Shown here piece after piece: positions 37,710 through 49,000 of a stretch of 64,000 nt of DNA. The notes below the pieces were generated by a model. It made no database searches, had not been told where the DNA came from, and saw nothing but the letters and a program-made list of their open reading frames with translations. The translations under genes were made by a program, and so were the position numbers. The stretch lies in assembly GCA_002309765.1 (NCBI GenBank), contig DBXY01000064.1, forward strand, positions 67,528 to 131,527, given 5' to 3'. The stretch's first letter is position 1. Each line of letters begins with the position of its first letter. This DNA is from Verrucomicrobia bacterium UBA1200 (GTDB taxonomy: Bacteria > Verrucomicrobiota > Kiritimatiellia > RFP12 > UBA1067).

Positions 37710-37945
37710 GGATTAGTGAATAGTGGTTAGCCAGTCGCATTCCGGTGGTAACTCGTAGCAGACAAAGTATCCAACTACAAGACTTTATACTTCTGGACTC
37801 CGCTTTTTAATTCTCAACAGCACATGCTGTCCAACTTTATCCTCATTTATATTTTCGTGCGAAGCACGGACGGGCGGGTTACCACCAAACTACTCAACCA
37901 CTCAACTATCTAACTACCTAACTACCCAAACATCTTAACTATCCT
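37700..37945. repeat. Imperfect long inverted repeat rich in TAGTTAG / CTAACTA units, bracketing the convergent mnmG / activator intergenic region
   Basis: GGTGGTAAC (37744-37752) pairs with GTTACCACC (37878-37886). The outer arms TAGTTAGGGATTAGTGAATAGTGGTTAG and CTCAACCACTCAACTATCTAACTACCTAACTA are partly complementary. Three tandem octamers lie at 37901-37924 and a fourth at 37934-37941. Confidence 0.5.
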
Positions 37946-39357
37946 TTAATACCGTATTTGCGGATTAAACGCTGCAAATAAGCGCGTTCAATACCGGCGA
38001 TACGGGCGGATTTAGAGATGTTTTGCTGGTTTCTCTTCAACAATTCCATTAAATAGGTCTTCTCAAACTCTTCGATCAAGTCGTTTTTAGCATCCTTAAA
38101 CGGCTTTTCGGTCGAAAAAGAAAAGTCCGGCAAGTCGTTATTATGAAGATTTGAGTGCATATTAAGAAGACTAAGAAATGCGCTCAAATCGATTGGACGT
38201 CGTTCACTGTAGAAAGCTAGCTCAATCAGATTACGCAGTTCGCGAACATTTCCAGGCCATTCGTGACGCTTTAAAATGTCCATGGTTTTGTCGATATCCA
38301 TAATCTCATTGATGGCGTTGTCACCTTGCAAATCGATCAAAAACCGCTTAACCAGAAGCGGAATATCTTCCCGCCGGCGACGAAGCGGCGGCAATTCAAG
38401 GTGAACGACCGATAACCGGTAGTAAAGATCTTCACGGAAATTACCCTCGTTTACGTCATTTGCGAGGTTTCGGTTGGTGGCGGAAATGATACGGACATCG
38501 ATTTTCTGGACTTTATTGCTGCCAACCCGACGGATTTCCCGCTTTTCCAACACCCGGAGCAGTTTGGGCTGCAGTTCAGGCGAAAGATCGCCAATCTCAT
38601 CCAAGAACACGGTTCCGCCGTCGGCCAGCTCAAAAGCCCCTTGACGGTCGCTGGTAGCGCCGGTGAAAGAGCCTTTTACATGACCAAAAAGCTCGCTTTC
38701 GATCAATTCCTTGGATATTGCGGCACAATCGATGACGATAAACGGCTTATCTTTTCGCGGCGAATGGTTGTGAATTTCTTCTGCCAACACCTCTTTCCCG
38801 GTGCCGGTTTCTCCGGTAATCATTACCGTTACATCGGCCGGGGAATAGGTTTCCGCTAGGTAGAAAATGCGCCGCATCGGGATAGACCGACCAAGCATTT
38901 TGCCGAACGACTCATGAACGGAGAGCGGGATGTCGTTAGAATCCTGTAGCGGGCAGAAAATAATCCGGGTTTTTCCGAGCTGGATTTCGCAACCAGGGGC
39001 CAAATGGGCGGAAGAAATACGCACGCCCTGCACAAAAGTCCCGTTGGTACTGTCCAAATCCCGGATGACGTAACCTGACTGGCCAACGGAAATTTCGCAA
39101 TGCCGTTTTGACATTGTGGAATCGTGAATGGACAAATCATTATGATCGCTGGATCCGATGGTAAAAGTGTCGCGGTTAACCACGAATTCGTGTCCCTGCA
39201 TTGGACCGCTAATGACCAAAAGCTTGGTTTTGCGGACACGCAGCATAGATTCCGTTTTGTCACCGCTTGACAAAACCAGAGTTTCAACCGGATTATTGCC
39301 TAAAGAGTCGTTTGTCATAATGTGTTCAGTATAACGCATGCTTACCACTGTATGCAA
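37939..39357 (-). CDS. Sigma-54-dependent transcriptional activator with N-terminal FHA domain
   Basis: FHA domain (FTIGSSDHNDLSIHDSTMSKRHCEI...DLDSTNGTFV). AAA+ core with GETGTGKE, ESELFGHVKGSFTGA and GGTVFLDEIG. C-terminal Fis-type HTH (NISKSARIAGIERAYLQRLIRKYG). The start is uncertain among TTG 39357, ATG 39339 and ATG 39318. Confidence 0.85.
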   Translation of the reverse strand: MHTVVSMRYTEHIMTNDSLGNNPVETLVLSSGDKTESMLRVRKTKLLVISGPMQGHEFVVNRDTFTIGSSDHNDLSIHDSTMSKRHCEISVGQSGYVIRDLDSTNGTFVQGVRISSAHLAPGCEIQLGKTRIIFCPLQDSNDIPLSVHESFGKMLGRSIPMRRIFYLAETYSPADVTVMITGETGTGKEVLAEEIHNHSPRKDKPFIVIDCAAISKELIESELFGHVKGSFTGATSDRQGAFELADGGTVFLDEIGDLSPELQPKLLRVLEKREIRRVGSNKVQKIDVRIISATNRNLANDVNEGNFREDLYYRLSVVHLELPPLRRRREDIPLLVKRFLIDLQGDNAINEIMDIDKTMDILKRHEWPGNVRELRNLIELAFYSERRPIDLSAFLSLLNMHSNLHNNDLPDFSFSTEKPFKDAKNDLIEEFEKTYLMELLKRNQQNISKSARIAGIERAYLQRLIRKYGIKG

Positions 39358-39479
39358 CTCAAAAATAGATTAAATCGCAAAATTGCCTTGCCCTTTTCAA
39401 ATGTTTCGTGATAAGATTCAAAAATGACGGCTTATAGTGTCGACTTTTGGCGAATTGGTTTAGCTTGACAAGGAGAAAA

Positions 39480-40034
39480 ATGTCGATATTAGGAAAAAAG
39501 CGCGCACAATGTGCAGAAAACCGCACTTTGACCCGCAAGACGGGTGCGGTGTCGCGGGCTTTTGCCATTTTCCTGTCAATCTTAATTTTGTTGGTGCTGG
39601 CGGTGGTGCTGTTCGGTTTGCGTGGTCGCGAGAAGAAGCCGGCTGGGGATAACGGAGTTGCGGTAGATCCCAGCACCACCAACCGAGCGTTGGACGCTAC
39701 GTACCAGCAAATGCTTCGTGATTCCGCGAAAAAGCAGAACAAAGTGGTTATGGAGCGCAACCGGGTTTTGGCAGAGCAGGCGGAGATTGAACGCCAGATT
39801 CAAGCCGCGCTGCCTGAAGGAACCGATGTCGAAACCTTGAAAGCGGCTTTTAGGAAAGACCAGCGTTGGCAGGCACTGCAGGTCAAGCGAGATGAGCTTA
39901 ACGGGCAGATTCAGACGGATTCTGCGAACGTGAGGAAGGCAATCAGAAACAGGATTGAAGAGGAGCAGAAGGTTCGTAATCAGCTGGCGGGACAGGATGC
40001 CGCCAGCCAATCGGCGGGCAAGGTTGGGAAGTAA
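39480..40034 (+). CDS. Single-pass membrane coiled-coil protein, function unknown
   Basis: ATG 39480 is preceded by AAGGAGAAAA. One TM (FAIFLSILILLVLAVVLFGL) followed by a charged helical region. It lies immediately upstream of the giant gene. Confidence 0.55.
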   Translation: MSILGKKRAQCAENRTLTRKTGAVSRAFAIFLSILILLVLAVVLFGLRGREKKPAGDNGVAVDPSTTNRALDATYQQMLRDSAKKQNKVVMERNRVLAEQAEIERQIQAALPEGTDVETLKAAFRKDQRWQALQVKRDELNGQIQTDSANVRKAIRNRIEEEQKVRNQLAGQDAASQSAGKVGK

Positions 40035-40089
40035 CCGCGACGCCACCGTCAACGGATTTGAGTTGGATTTGATAATGAGGAGAAAGCGC

Positions 40090-43000
40090 ATGAACGTGAG
40101 TGGAATGATTAAAAAAGCAACGAAGACTGTCACCGCCTCAATTGTGGCGTTTGCCGCTTTTGGGCTTGGAATTTCGGCCTTTGGTCAGACCGGGACTACG
40201 ACCGGTGACATTTGCAGTATCGAGGCAAATTCCTTTTTTGTGGGTCGAACAGTAACGGCGCCAGGTACGCAAATTACTTTCACCATCCGTTTGGGTAATG
40301 CCGGATCATATCCGAGTGCCGTTTACTCGCTCCGCTATTTGGGCGATGGCACTGAATTTAATATGTACTACGATCGGTTGGCGCTCAAAATGTCCACCGG
40401 TGGTTGGGCATATCTTGACAGTGTCGAACCAGAAACTTCACCCGCAAACGGCCGGTACAACTGTAATTTTGTATATATCGTGCGCGAGGGTGATTTTGGT
40501 ATGCCTTTAACCATTGCCGGCGAGGCTGGCAACTCGACCAACCCAGGAATGGGGTTTACCTGGAAAAACACCGCCAATTATAAAGTGACGGTGAAAGAAA
40601 CCCCCAGCTCAACCGAGCGCGACGTGGTTTGGCGTTTTGGTGGCGGCGTATCGATGATGGACAAAGACGACTGGACAATGGCGATGTCGGATGTTAAGGT
40701 GCAAACCCTGAAGTTTAACGAAACCGAGGCCTACAGGGTAGCTTCCGGCGAAGAACTGATGTGCACCATTTCCCGTCAAGGTACTGCGTCCACCGACGAA
40801 GCGGTCGGTTTTGCGTTGTGGTCGAGCGACCCGTCCTCATTCGAGGTGGTTGGTGCCAACGAATCCGGTATTTATGCTACCAGCATTCCGTCGGGCGAAT
40901 CGACCGTTACCTTCTATATTCGCGGCAAATCGCCGGAAACTACAGCAAATCTCTGTTTGGGTTCTGTCTCGGGCCCGGATCCGGACGGCCGTATCAATTG
41001 GGTAAACAAAGTGGTTCAAGTAACCAAGGCCCCCGATCCGACCATTAAGGTTGTGTTGACCGGTGGCGGCACCGCCAACCAGATCAGCACCTACGAATCT
41101 GACACGGAATCCCACGAGTTGCGTGTCACCGCTACCGAGGCCCCGGCCACCAACGTTGTGGTCACCCTCACCGCGGATCCTAATTATATCCAGCTTTCTT
41201 CCAACACCCTTACAATTCTGGCAGGCCAAAACGAGTCTGAAGATGTGGTAACCTTTTTGGTTCTTAACGAAACCACCACGGCCTATCCAAGCGGTGTAAA
41301 AATTACCCCCGCCTGCACTGATTCCAAATATTTGGAATTCAAATCCGGTACGGTTATGGCGCAGAACCTTGCCCCGGTGATTGTCACCCCCACCACACTC
41401 AACGACAGCGCCATCACGCTTACCGAAAAGATCATCACATATTCAGTGGCTGATGTCAGCGCGGATGACGCTGCAATTACCCTGCGTTGGAATTGGGGCG
41501 ATTCGACCGAAGAAACCACAACTAATGGACGTAACGATGTTGCGAAACACACTTACACGGCGCCTGGCGACTATTTGGTTACCGTTTATCCTACTGACGG
41601 CATCACTCCGGGCGAGCCGGTCCAGTTCCACATGATAGTTAAAAACCCGGTTGCAAAACCGGTCCTCAAACCGATATTGGTCAATCCTTCCGAGAAATAT
41701 GATGAAAACAACAAGGAAGGAGAAATTAAAGTTTCTGCGTCTGCCGCATATCCCGCCGGAGCGTTCAACTTCAAGTTGAAAGTCACCCAGGCTGATGCCG
41801 ACCCTGCAATAACCAATCTGTATGTGGCGGCTGCCGAAAATCAAACGGTTTTGACGATGGGTGCTGACGCGACAGAAACCGAGACCGGAATTCCGTTCAA
41901 AGTGATCGACGGTACCTACGCAAGCTACCTCCAGGGTGTCAAGGTGGAAGTTGTCCCCGAAGATGAAACGGTGGCCACTTATTTCGATCTTCGCCCGTTG
42001 ACCATTTCGGTTAGGAACGTTTCTCCTACTATGGAGATTCCCACGGTCTATTCGTTCACGAACGCACTCGCATCGAATATCAAACAGACCATTCCGTTCC
42101 GCTTCTCTGAACCAGGGGCACAGGATCGTGATTCGTTAATCTCTATCTGGACGTTTAGCGGCGGAACCGTTGTTACCAACTATGGCGTTGAAGGGTCGGT
42201 AACCAATACCTTCACCTCTAGCGGAGTTCAGACTCTGACGGTTAAGTGGGCCGATAAGGATGACATTCCTGACGACAACTGGCATACTTCCTACTTCAAC
42301 CTTACGATCGGCAATCCGCCGACCATCTCGATTGCTCCCGGGAGTATGTACATTTATGAAAATTCCACAGATGTGTATTCGTTGGAGGTGGAGTTATCCA
42401 CTCCGTTTGACCGCGTAGTTCCGGTTACGTTGACCGTCACCCCGGCTACAAGCGCTGGTAACGGTTTCATGGAATTGTCACAAACCCAAATTTACATTGA
42501 CGCGAACCAGCGTTATTATACGGTTAATCTCCGTCCCATTTTCGATGGTACGCCGATATCCGAAGGTGCGGGCTTTGTGGTAACCCCCTCCATCACACCC
42601 GGAGAATCCACTTCGGCAGCGGCAGCAGCGTTCTACTCCAATTTCCAGTCTGCCCGCATCAACATTAAAAACGTGGCGCCGGTGATCAATATGCCGAAAA
42701 TGGCGGCGAACGCAACGGAGATTGCGTACACTGCATCGCAGAACATTGAGCGTAGCATCGCTTGGAGTGTTAGGGATGTTAGCAAAGATGCCCAAGGCAT
42801 AACGGTTCGTTTTGACTGGGGGGATGGATCCCCACCTTCTATTCTTCACCCTGAAGCACTTAACGGCGTCGCTTCCCATACTTGGGGCGGTTTTGACGTT
42901 TACACTGTCACCATGACCGTGACCGACAAGGATGGCGAGTATGACTGGGTACAGTTCTACGTTTCCGTCCAAGCGGCCCAAACCTTGATGGCCACGCCGG

Positions 43001-46000
43001 TCGGCCCGAATGTCTCTTCCAAATACTATGGGTTGACCTTTGGCGACGGGCTGGGTTACGGCACGATCGTTTCGCCTAACGCAGTCAGCACCAACTACAT
43101 CAACAACGTTTGGCGTTTCGTTTACGGTACTGGCGTGACCTCCGCCTCGCTAGAGGCGATTCCCGCCACCGTTTCCGACGACGAACGTAAGAACTTCTTC
43201 TACGCTTGGGATGACTTTGGCGGCGGCCAGGTTGCCGAAGCGCTGCTTAACCCCACCATGTCCGACCCGATTTGCCTCTTCCCGTTGGGTGCCAACGACA
43301 CCGGAGGCGTTTATCAGGTTCGCGCGATATTCAGCCGCGAATACCTTAAGGGCGATGGCAAAGGCGATATCAATGGCGACGGTATTCCGGATGATTACCA
43401 GTGCCCGACCACCGGCCACACCATCCGTGACGTCATTATGGCCGTCACCGGTACCGACCCTGATACCGATGTTTCTCTGTACGCGACCACCGGTTTGCGC
43501 ACCACGAACCCGGACGGCGATGTTTGGCCGATTGACCGCGGCGCGGCGGGCTTGACGGTTACCGACGAAAAGTGCGCTCCGTTCACTACGATTCAGGAGT
43601 TGCGCGGTACTGACGAAGAGTTGAACGATCCGATCACCGGGCGTACCGGTGACAATCTGATACTTGACGAGCCGGGTGCCAAAGAGGGTAGCGGCGGTGA
43701 AGAGCCGGTAACCCGCGGTTCCGACCCGATTGAGGAAGATACCGACGGCGATAGCATACCCGACGGTTACGAGTACTACTTCTGGCGCCGGGCAGCGATT
43801 GACGGCTTAACCGGCAACCGCTACAACCCGCAGGATCCGGGTTCCTCGATTGTCATCGAGAACATTGAGATCCGTGACGCATTCAATCCGTTGGAAGCTT
43901 CCGCCTCCGGCCACGATACCGATGATGACGGACTTTCCGATCTTGAAGAGTTCTTGCTGGGCACCAACCCGATCAATTGGGATACCGATGGTGACGGCGC
44001 TCCTGACGGTTGGGAAGCGGCCCGCGGTTCCAATCCGCTCCGGGCTAACGGTTCCGATTCCAACCCGGATGGCGATTATATGGCGTATGCCTTGGTTGAT
44101 CGTCATTTGATCACCGTTGAGTTGGATGGCGAAACCAAGACCTATCTTTACAAGGTGGGTGTCCTTACGAATATCGTGGAAGAGGTTATCACCAATGTTG
44201 TCGACGACGTGGAAGAGATCGTCACCACCGTGACCACCAACGTCGTTGAAAACGGTACCCGTACGTACTACACTTGCTACTGGTACGGTGCGCCAGACAC
44301 CGTGTTGGCACAGGGGCATCCGGTAACGGAGCTTGAGGTGCTGGGCGAAATCGACGAAGCCACCGGTGAAACCTATGGGCAGATTACCAGTAACATTTCG
44401 GTTGAAGCGGCAATCATGCACTTCCAGGTTTACCAGGAGTTCGGTTTCGAGCCGCAGGTTGCCTGGGGTAACACCAGAGTTGAGCACAACCGTGAATTCA
44501 CCACCGGTGACGAGTTCCTGCTCTGCAAGTTCATGATGAATGTGGTACAGAATGTCAATGCGGTAAACGCTCAAAACTGGCTGACGGTTACCACGCATCC
44601 GAGAACCCCGGACACCGATGCCAATCCTAACAATTATCCGCCTTATGACGGTATGCCTGACGGCTGGGAGTTGTATGTCTCCTGCGGTTCGACGGGAACA
44701 GAGATGGTAATCAGCCCGTGGAGGGTTAACGACGGCCAGCATCCGGTGGAAGCTTTGTCGGTTGACACGGATGGAGACTTCCTCTCCAACAACCGCGAGT
44801 TTGCCGGTACGCTCTCCTCGGCGCAGTATAACAACGCCGACCTGTATCAGTCCAACGTTGCGGAACAGGATGCCGACAACGGCGACGATGATGATAACGG
44901 TAACGGCAACATTACCATCGTGCGGCTGGATCGGGATGCGAACTGGATCAACAAGTTCTGGCCGACCGATCCTTGGACGCGTGACTCCGACGGCGACGGT
45001 TTGACCGACTTCACCGAGCAGGCCTTCCAGTACGGCACTCCGGAATGGGACGGTGTTGTGCAATGCGTCCGCGGCGGCGGTTTGAACCCGAACTGGATGG
45101 ATACCGACCGCGATGCGCTGCCTGATGCTTGGGAATACAAGTTCATGGGTGTCGAGAAGGTTTCCGAAGTCACCGATAATACCTACATTGATGAAGGTAT
45201 GGACGGTACGCACGGACCGGCTAACTATGAACTCAATCAGCAGAACTTCCGTCGGGTCGGCATGGGCGATGCCTTCTCTTGGAGTGATCCTTGGGTGACC
45301 GGCGATGACAATATCCGCCGCCACATGGATTGGGATAACGACGGTTTGGAGAACTATCAGGAATATCTGGTGCACGCGATGCGCCACTTCCGGTATGATT
45401 ACTCCGAAGGCCAGATGCCGATGGATTACGATAACTACTCGATTACGGCATTCTTCCATACCACCCGTGGCAGTTGGGATGAGGGCGGGTATTCCGCCAT
45501 GTGGGATGCTTTGGTTGGTATGTTCCGTTCACCGGTTTACTTCTTGTTGCCGGATTGCGGTATACTTCCTGATTATGTCTCCACCGATCCGCAGAATCCC
45601 GATACCGACGGCGATGGAATGGACGACTACTACGAGTTGTTCCACGGTCTCAACCCGATTCTCGGCGAGCTGGATTTGGTTTCCGATGCGAATGGCGGCA
45701 TGATGGACGCCATATACGTCAATCCTTGGAATCCTGATGCGACGGGAGAGACTCCGCTGCCGATGGACTTCGTGAAGTATCCTTGGTTGGCGGGTCTTGA
45801 CTACGCCGATCCGGATGCCGACGGATTGTTGAACCTCGAAGAGCAGATTCAGGCCAACATGGCGCAGCCGGCGTCGTTGAACACCGACCCGTCGCCGTTG
45901 TGGATGACGGATGTCACCTCGACCAACAGCTTGGTGTTGCGGTTCTACCGTCACGACCAGATGTTCTTCTGGGACATCCCGATGATGGTCATTGACACCA

Positions 46001-49000
46001 ACTTCTACTATTACTCCTTCGAAATGAACGAAGGTTACGACACCGATAACGATGGCGTTTCTGATAAGAACGAATTGATCCAGAACGCCACCTCGATGTC
46101 CGATCCGCAGGATCATGATGATGTGCTGCGCCGCCAGGCGTTGTGGTTCGATGGTGAGCAATCCGCTGCCACCACGGCAATCACTTACCACTATGACACC
46201 GCCACCTTCAACAGCTACACGGTTGAACTCTGGGCGTATCCGGAGGACGTTTCCCGCGATCAGGTGTTGATTGAGCGTCCGGTGCTTTATCCGATGTCCG
46301 ATGCCAGTACCACCGCCGAGGTGGTGCGGGTGAACTTCCGGATTGGTATCAGTGCCGACGGTAGAGTGTACGGCATGTACAACAACCATGGCTCGCATGA
46401 CGAAGAGACCGGCGTGGTTTACGCCTACGGTCCGCAGATCGAGCAGAACGCTTGGACGCACATCGCGTTGAGTTTGGATGGAAGCGCCGGACAGTTGTTG
46501 CTATACATCAACGGCGAGTTGCAGACCACCACGATTACCGAGTTGCCTGCCGCTAATGGCGTGATCAACCAGGTGCTGGATCCTGACAGCGCCACGTTGC
46601 CGGAAGCTGATCATTACATTGACGCGCCGGTGGTGTTGGGTGCTTCGCATTCGTATCCGAACTGGGAGCTGAACGAAGGTCCGGTTTGGGATGACTTCGC
46701 TAACTTCTACGCTGGATATCTGGACGAAGTCCGCGTTTGGGACGGTGCCCGTTCCCGTCAGCAAATCCTCGAGAACTACCGCAAGCGGTTCTTGAAGGCT
46801 GATGTCGAGGCGAACCGTGATGAGGTCCAGCGCTCGATCAAACTGGGCGGCTCCCGTATCAACAACGCGACGGTGGCCCTGCCTTCTGAGCTGGTTTACT
46901 GCTGGAACTTCGATAACCTATTTGCTGCCGATAGCGAAGATTCGGTTGCGGTGGTTCCTCGCGGGTTTGACTATGAGAACGCGCTCGTGAACCGTCCTGA
47001 AGGTTACGAAGTCGGATGGTGGTCGCAGTGGGAAACCAAGAGCGCCATCTATACTGACTACAGCTACATCCCGTGGATTGAGAACACCGTCGGCCACTTG
47101 GCCAAGTACGACGGCACGGTCTGGAATTCTCGTTACTGGAACCGTTGGTATGCCGGCGTTCGGCCGACCTACGGACCGTGGGAGTTCCCGAACAACAACA
47201 ACCCGTACGGTTGGTATTATCTCAATGACCTCACCGACGGTTTGGCGTGGCAGGTGACGCTGGAGCATCCTGACCGTGACAACATCTCCTCTGAGATGAA
47301 CGTCCAGAAAGCTGTGAACTTCGAGTACACCACCACCAGCGATTTGGTCCCGTTGGGCAACGCTTGGGCGAAACAGGTCGCGGTGATGTGGGATGACGGA
47401 ACGCCGAGCAGCGTTTGGGCCGAAACCGGTACCGACTCTGATGCCGACGGTCTCCCGGATTGGTGGGAGGAAATGGTTGGCGAAGATTTGAGCTGGAACG
47501 ACCTTTATCCGGATGGCAGCGGCATGACCGCGGGTGAGCGGTATATCCGCGACATCTCCAACGGTTACACCCAGAACAACAATCCGTCCGCCGCCGGTTG
47601 GGATGAGTCCGCCTTGCGGGTGCAGTCTTCCGACGCTGACGACGACGGCATTCCTGACTGGTGGGAGAATCTGTACGGCCTGAAGAGCAACAGCGCTGAA
47701 GGCGAAAACGGGGCTAACGGCGACCCGGACGGCGATGGTTTGAGCAACTACGCTGAGTACCTCGTCAGCGAGGTGTACGCGATCGCCTCTATCAGCCCGG
47801 TACAGTTCAAGAGCAATCCTGCTGCGATTGATTCCGATTACTTCATCAAGGTCGGTTCCACCTACTTGGGTTCGGTCTTTGCCGACCACGATATGATGGA
47901 TGACGCTTGGGAAGACCAGTACAACCTCTCTGCGGTCAGCCGCTACATCTACGACTCCTTCCAGGATGCGGATGAGGACGGTTGGTCGAACTGGTCTGAG
48001 AACCGCTACGGAACCCATTCGCTTCGCAGCGATCCCACCCGCCAGAGCCGGACCAATCCGGACGGCGAGAAGGTTTGGGAGTTGCCGATCCCGACGGTCA
48101 AGGTCACCGCGCAGTATCTTGGCGCGAACAAGGCCGGAAATGTCGTGGTTAAGGCTTGGAGTGATCCTGAGATGAATGATATTCCGGACGCGGTCTGGAC
48201 TCTGCCCGGCGACGAAGCAATCCACGAAATGGACGTTAACATCGGTTACTGGGCGAAGGACAAAGTCATCCAGGGTTACTTGGGGCCGGGATCGGTGCTG
48301 GCCGGTACGGTAGAGTTCAATATGAACGACTACACCACCGTGTACGTGGCGCAGGATTCGACCAACGCTACTGAAAACGCCACTGAAGAGGCCGATCATG
48401 TCTTTGCGGTAGACGTGGCGAACTTCCCGAACGATACCGGTACGCTCTACATGTACGAGAACGGTCGTCCGAATCTCGATTATCCGGTCGGGTCGATCGA
48501 CTACACCTCGGGCAAGTACGAACTTGATCTCTCGGTGTGGACTGGTTCGGTTTACGCTGACACCAATGAAGTGGTCACCGCTTCTCCGACCAACTCCTTC
48601 ATAACGGCCAGCTATCAGTACGCACTGACCGAGGACTTCCCGAAGACCTTCTACCTGACTCAGGCAGATCCTTCTACGGCGGCGGTCCCGAGCCGCGGTC
48701 ACCTCAAAGAGGGCCTCAACTACTTCATGGCCTTCATTGACCTCAGCGGCGATGGCAACTGGAACGTGAACGAGCCGTTCGCGATTTCCGAAACCTTTGC
48801 CACTGACATTGGCTGGGATCTCAACAAGGTCAACTTTGATCTGCGCGATAATATCGATGGCGGATTGCGCTTCTCGATCAACGGTTCCACCTCTGACGAT
48901 TCGGTCTGGGGTCAGTCTGCCGGCACGGACAATGGCGGTGGAGAAGGGGCTGCGATTAAAAATACTCGCGTCCGGGTGTACCGCACCCAGATCAACACCT

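Noticed and set aside
39955-40089. Upstream extension of the giant ORF (track start 39955)
   Set aside because: The extension overlaps the end of the preceding gene and encodes a non-signal-like peptide. ATG 40090 has a GAGGAG SD and yields a signal peptide.
39358-40089. Sigma-54 (-24/-12) promoter in front of the coiled-coil or giant gene
   Set aside because: No GG-N10-GC element with TGGCAC/TTGC context was found. The closest, TGGCGAATTGGTTTAGC, has the wrong spacing.
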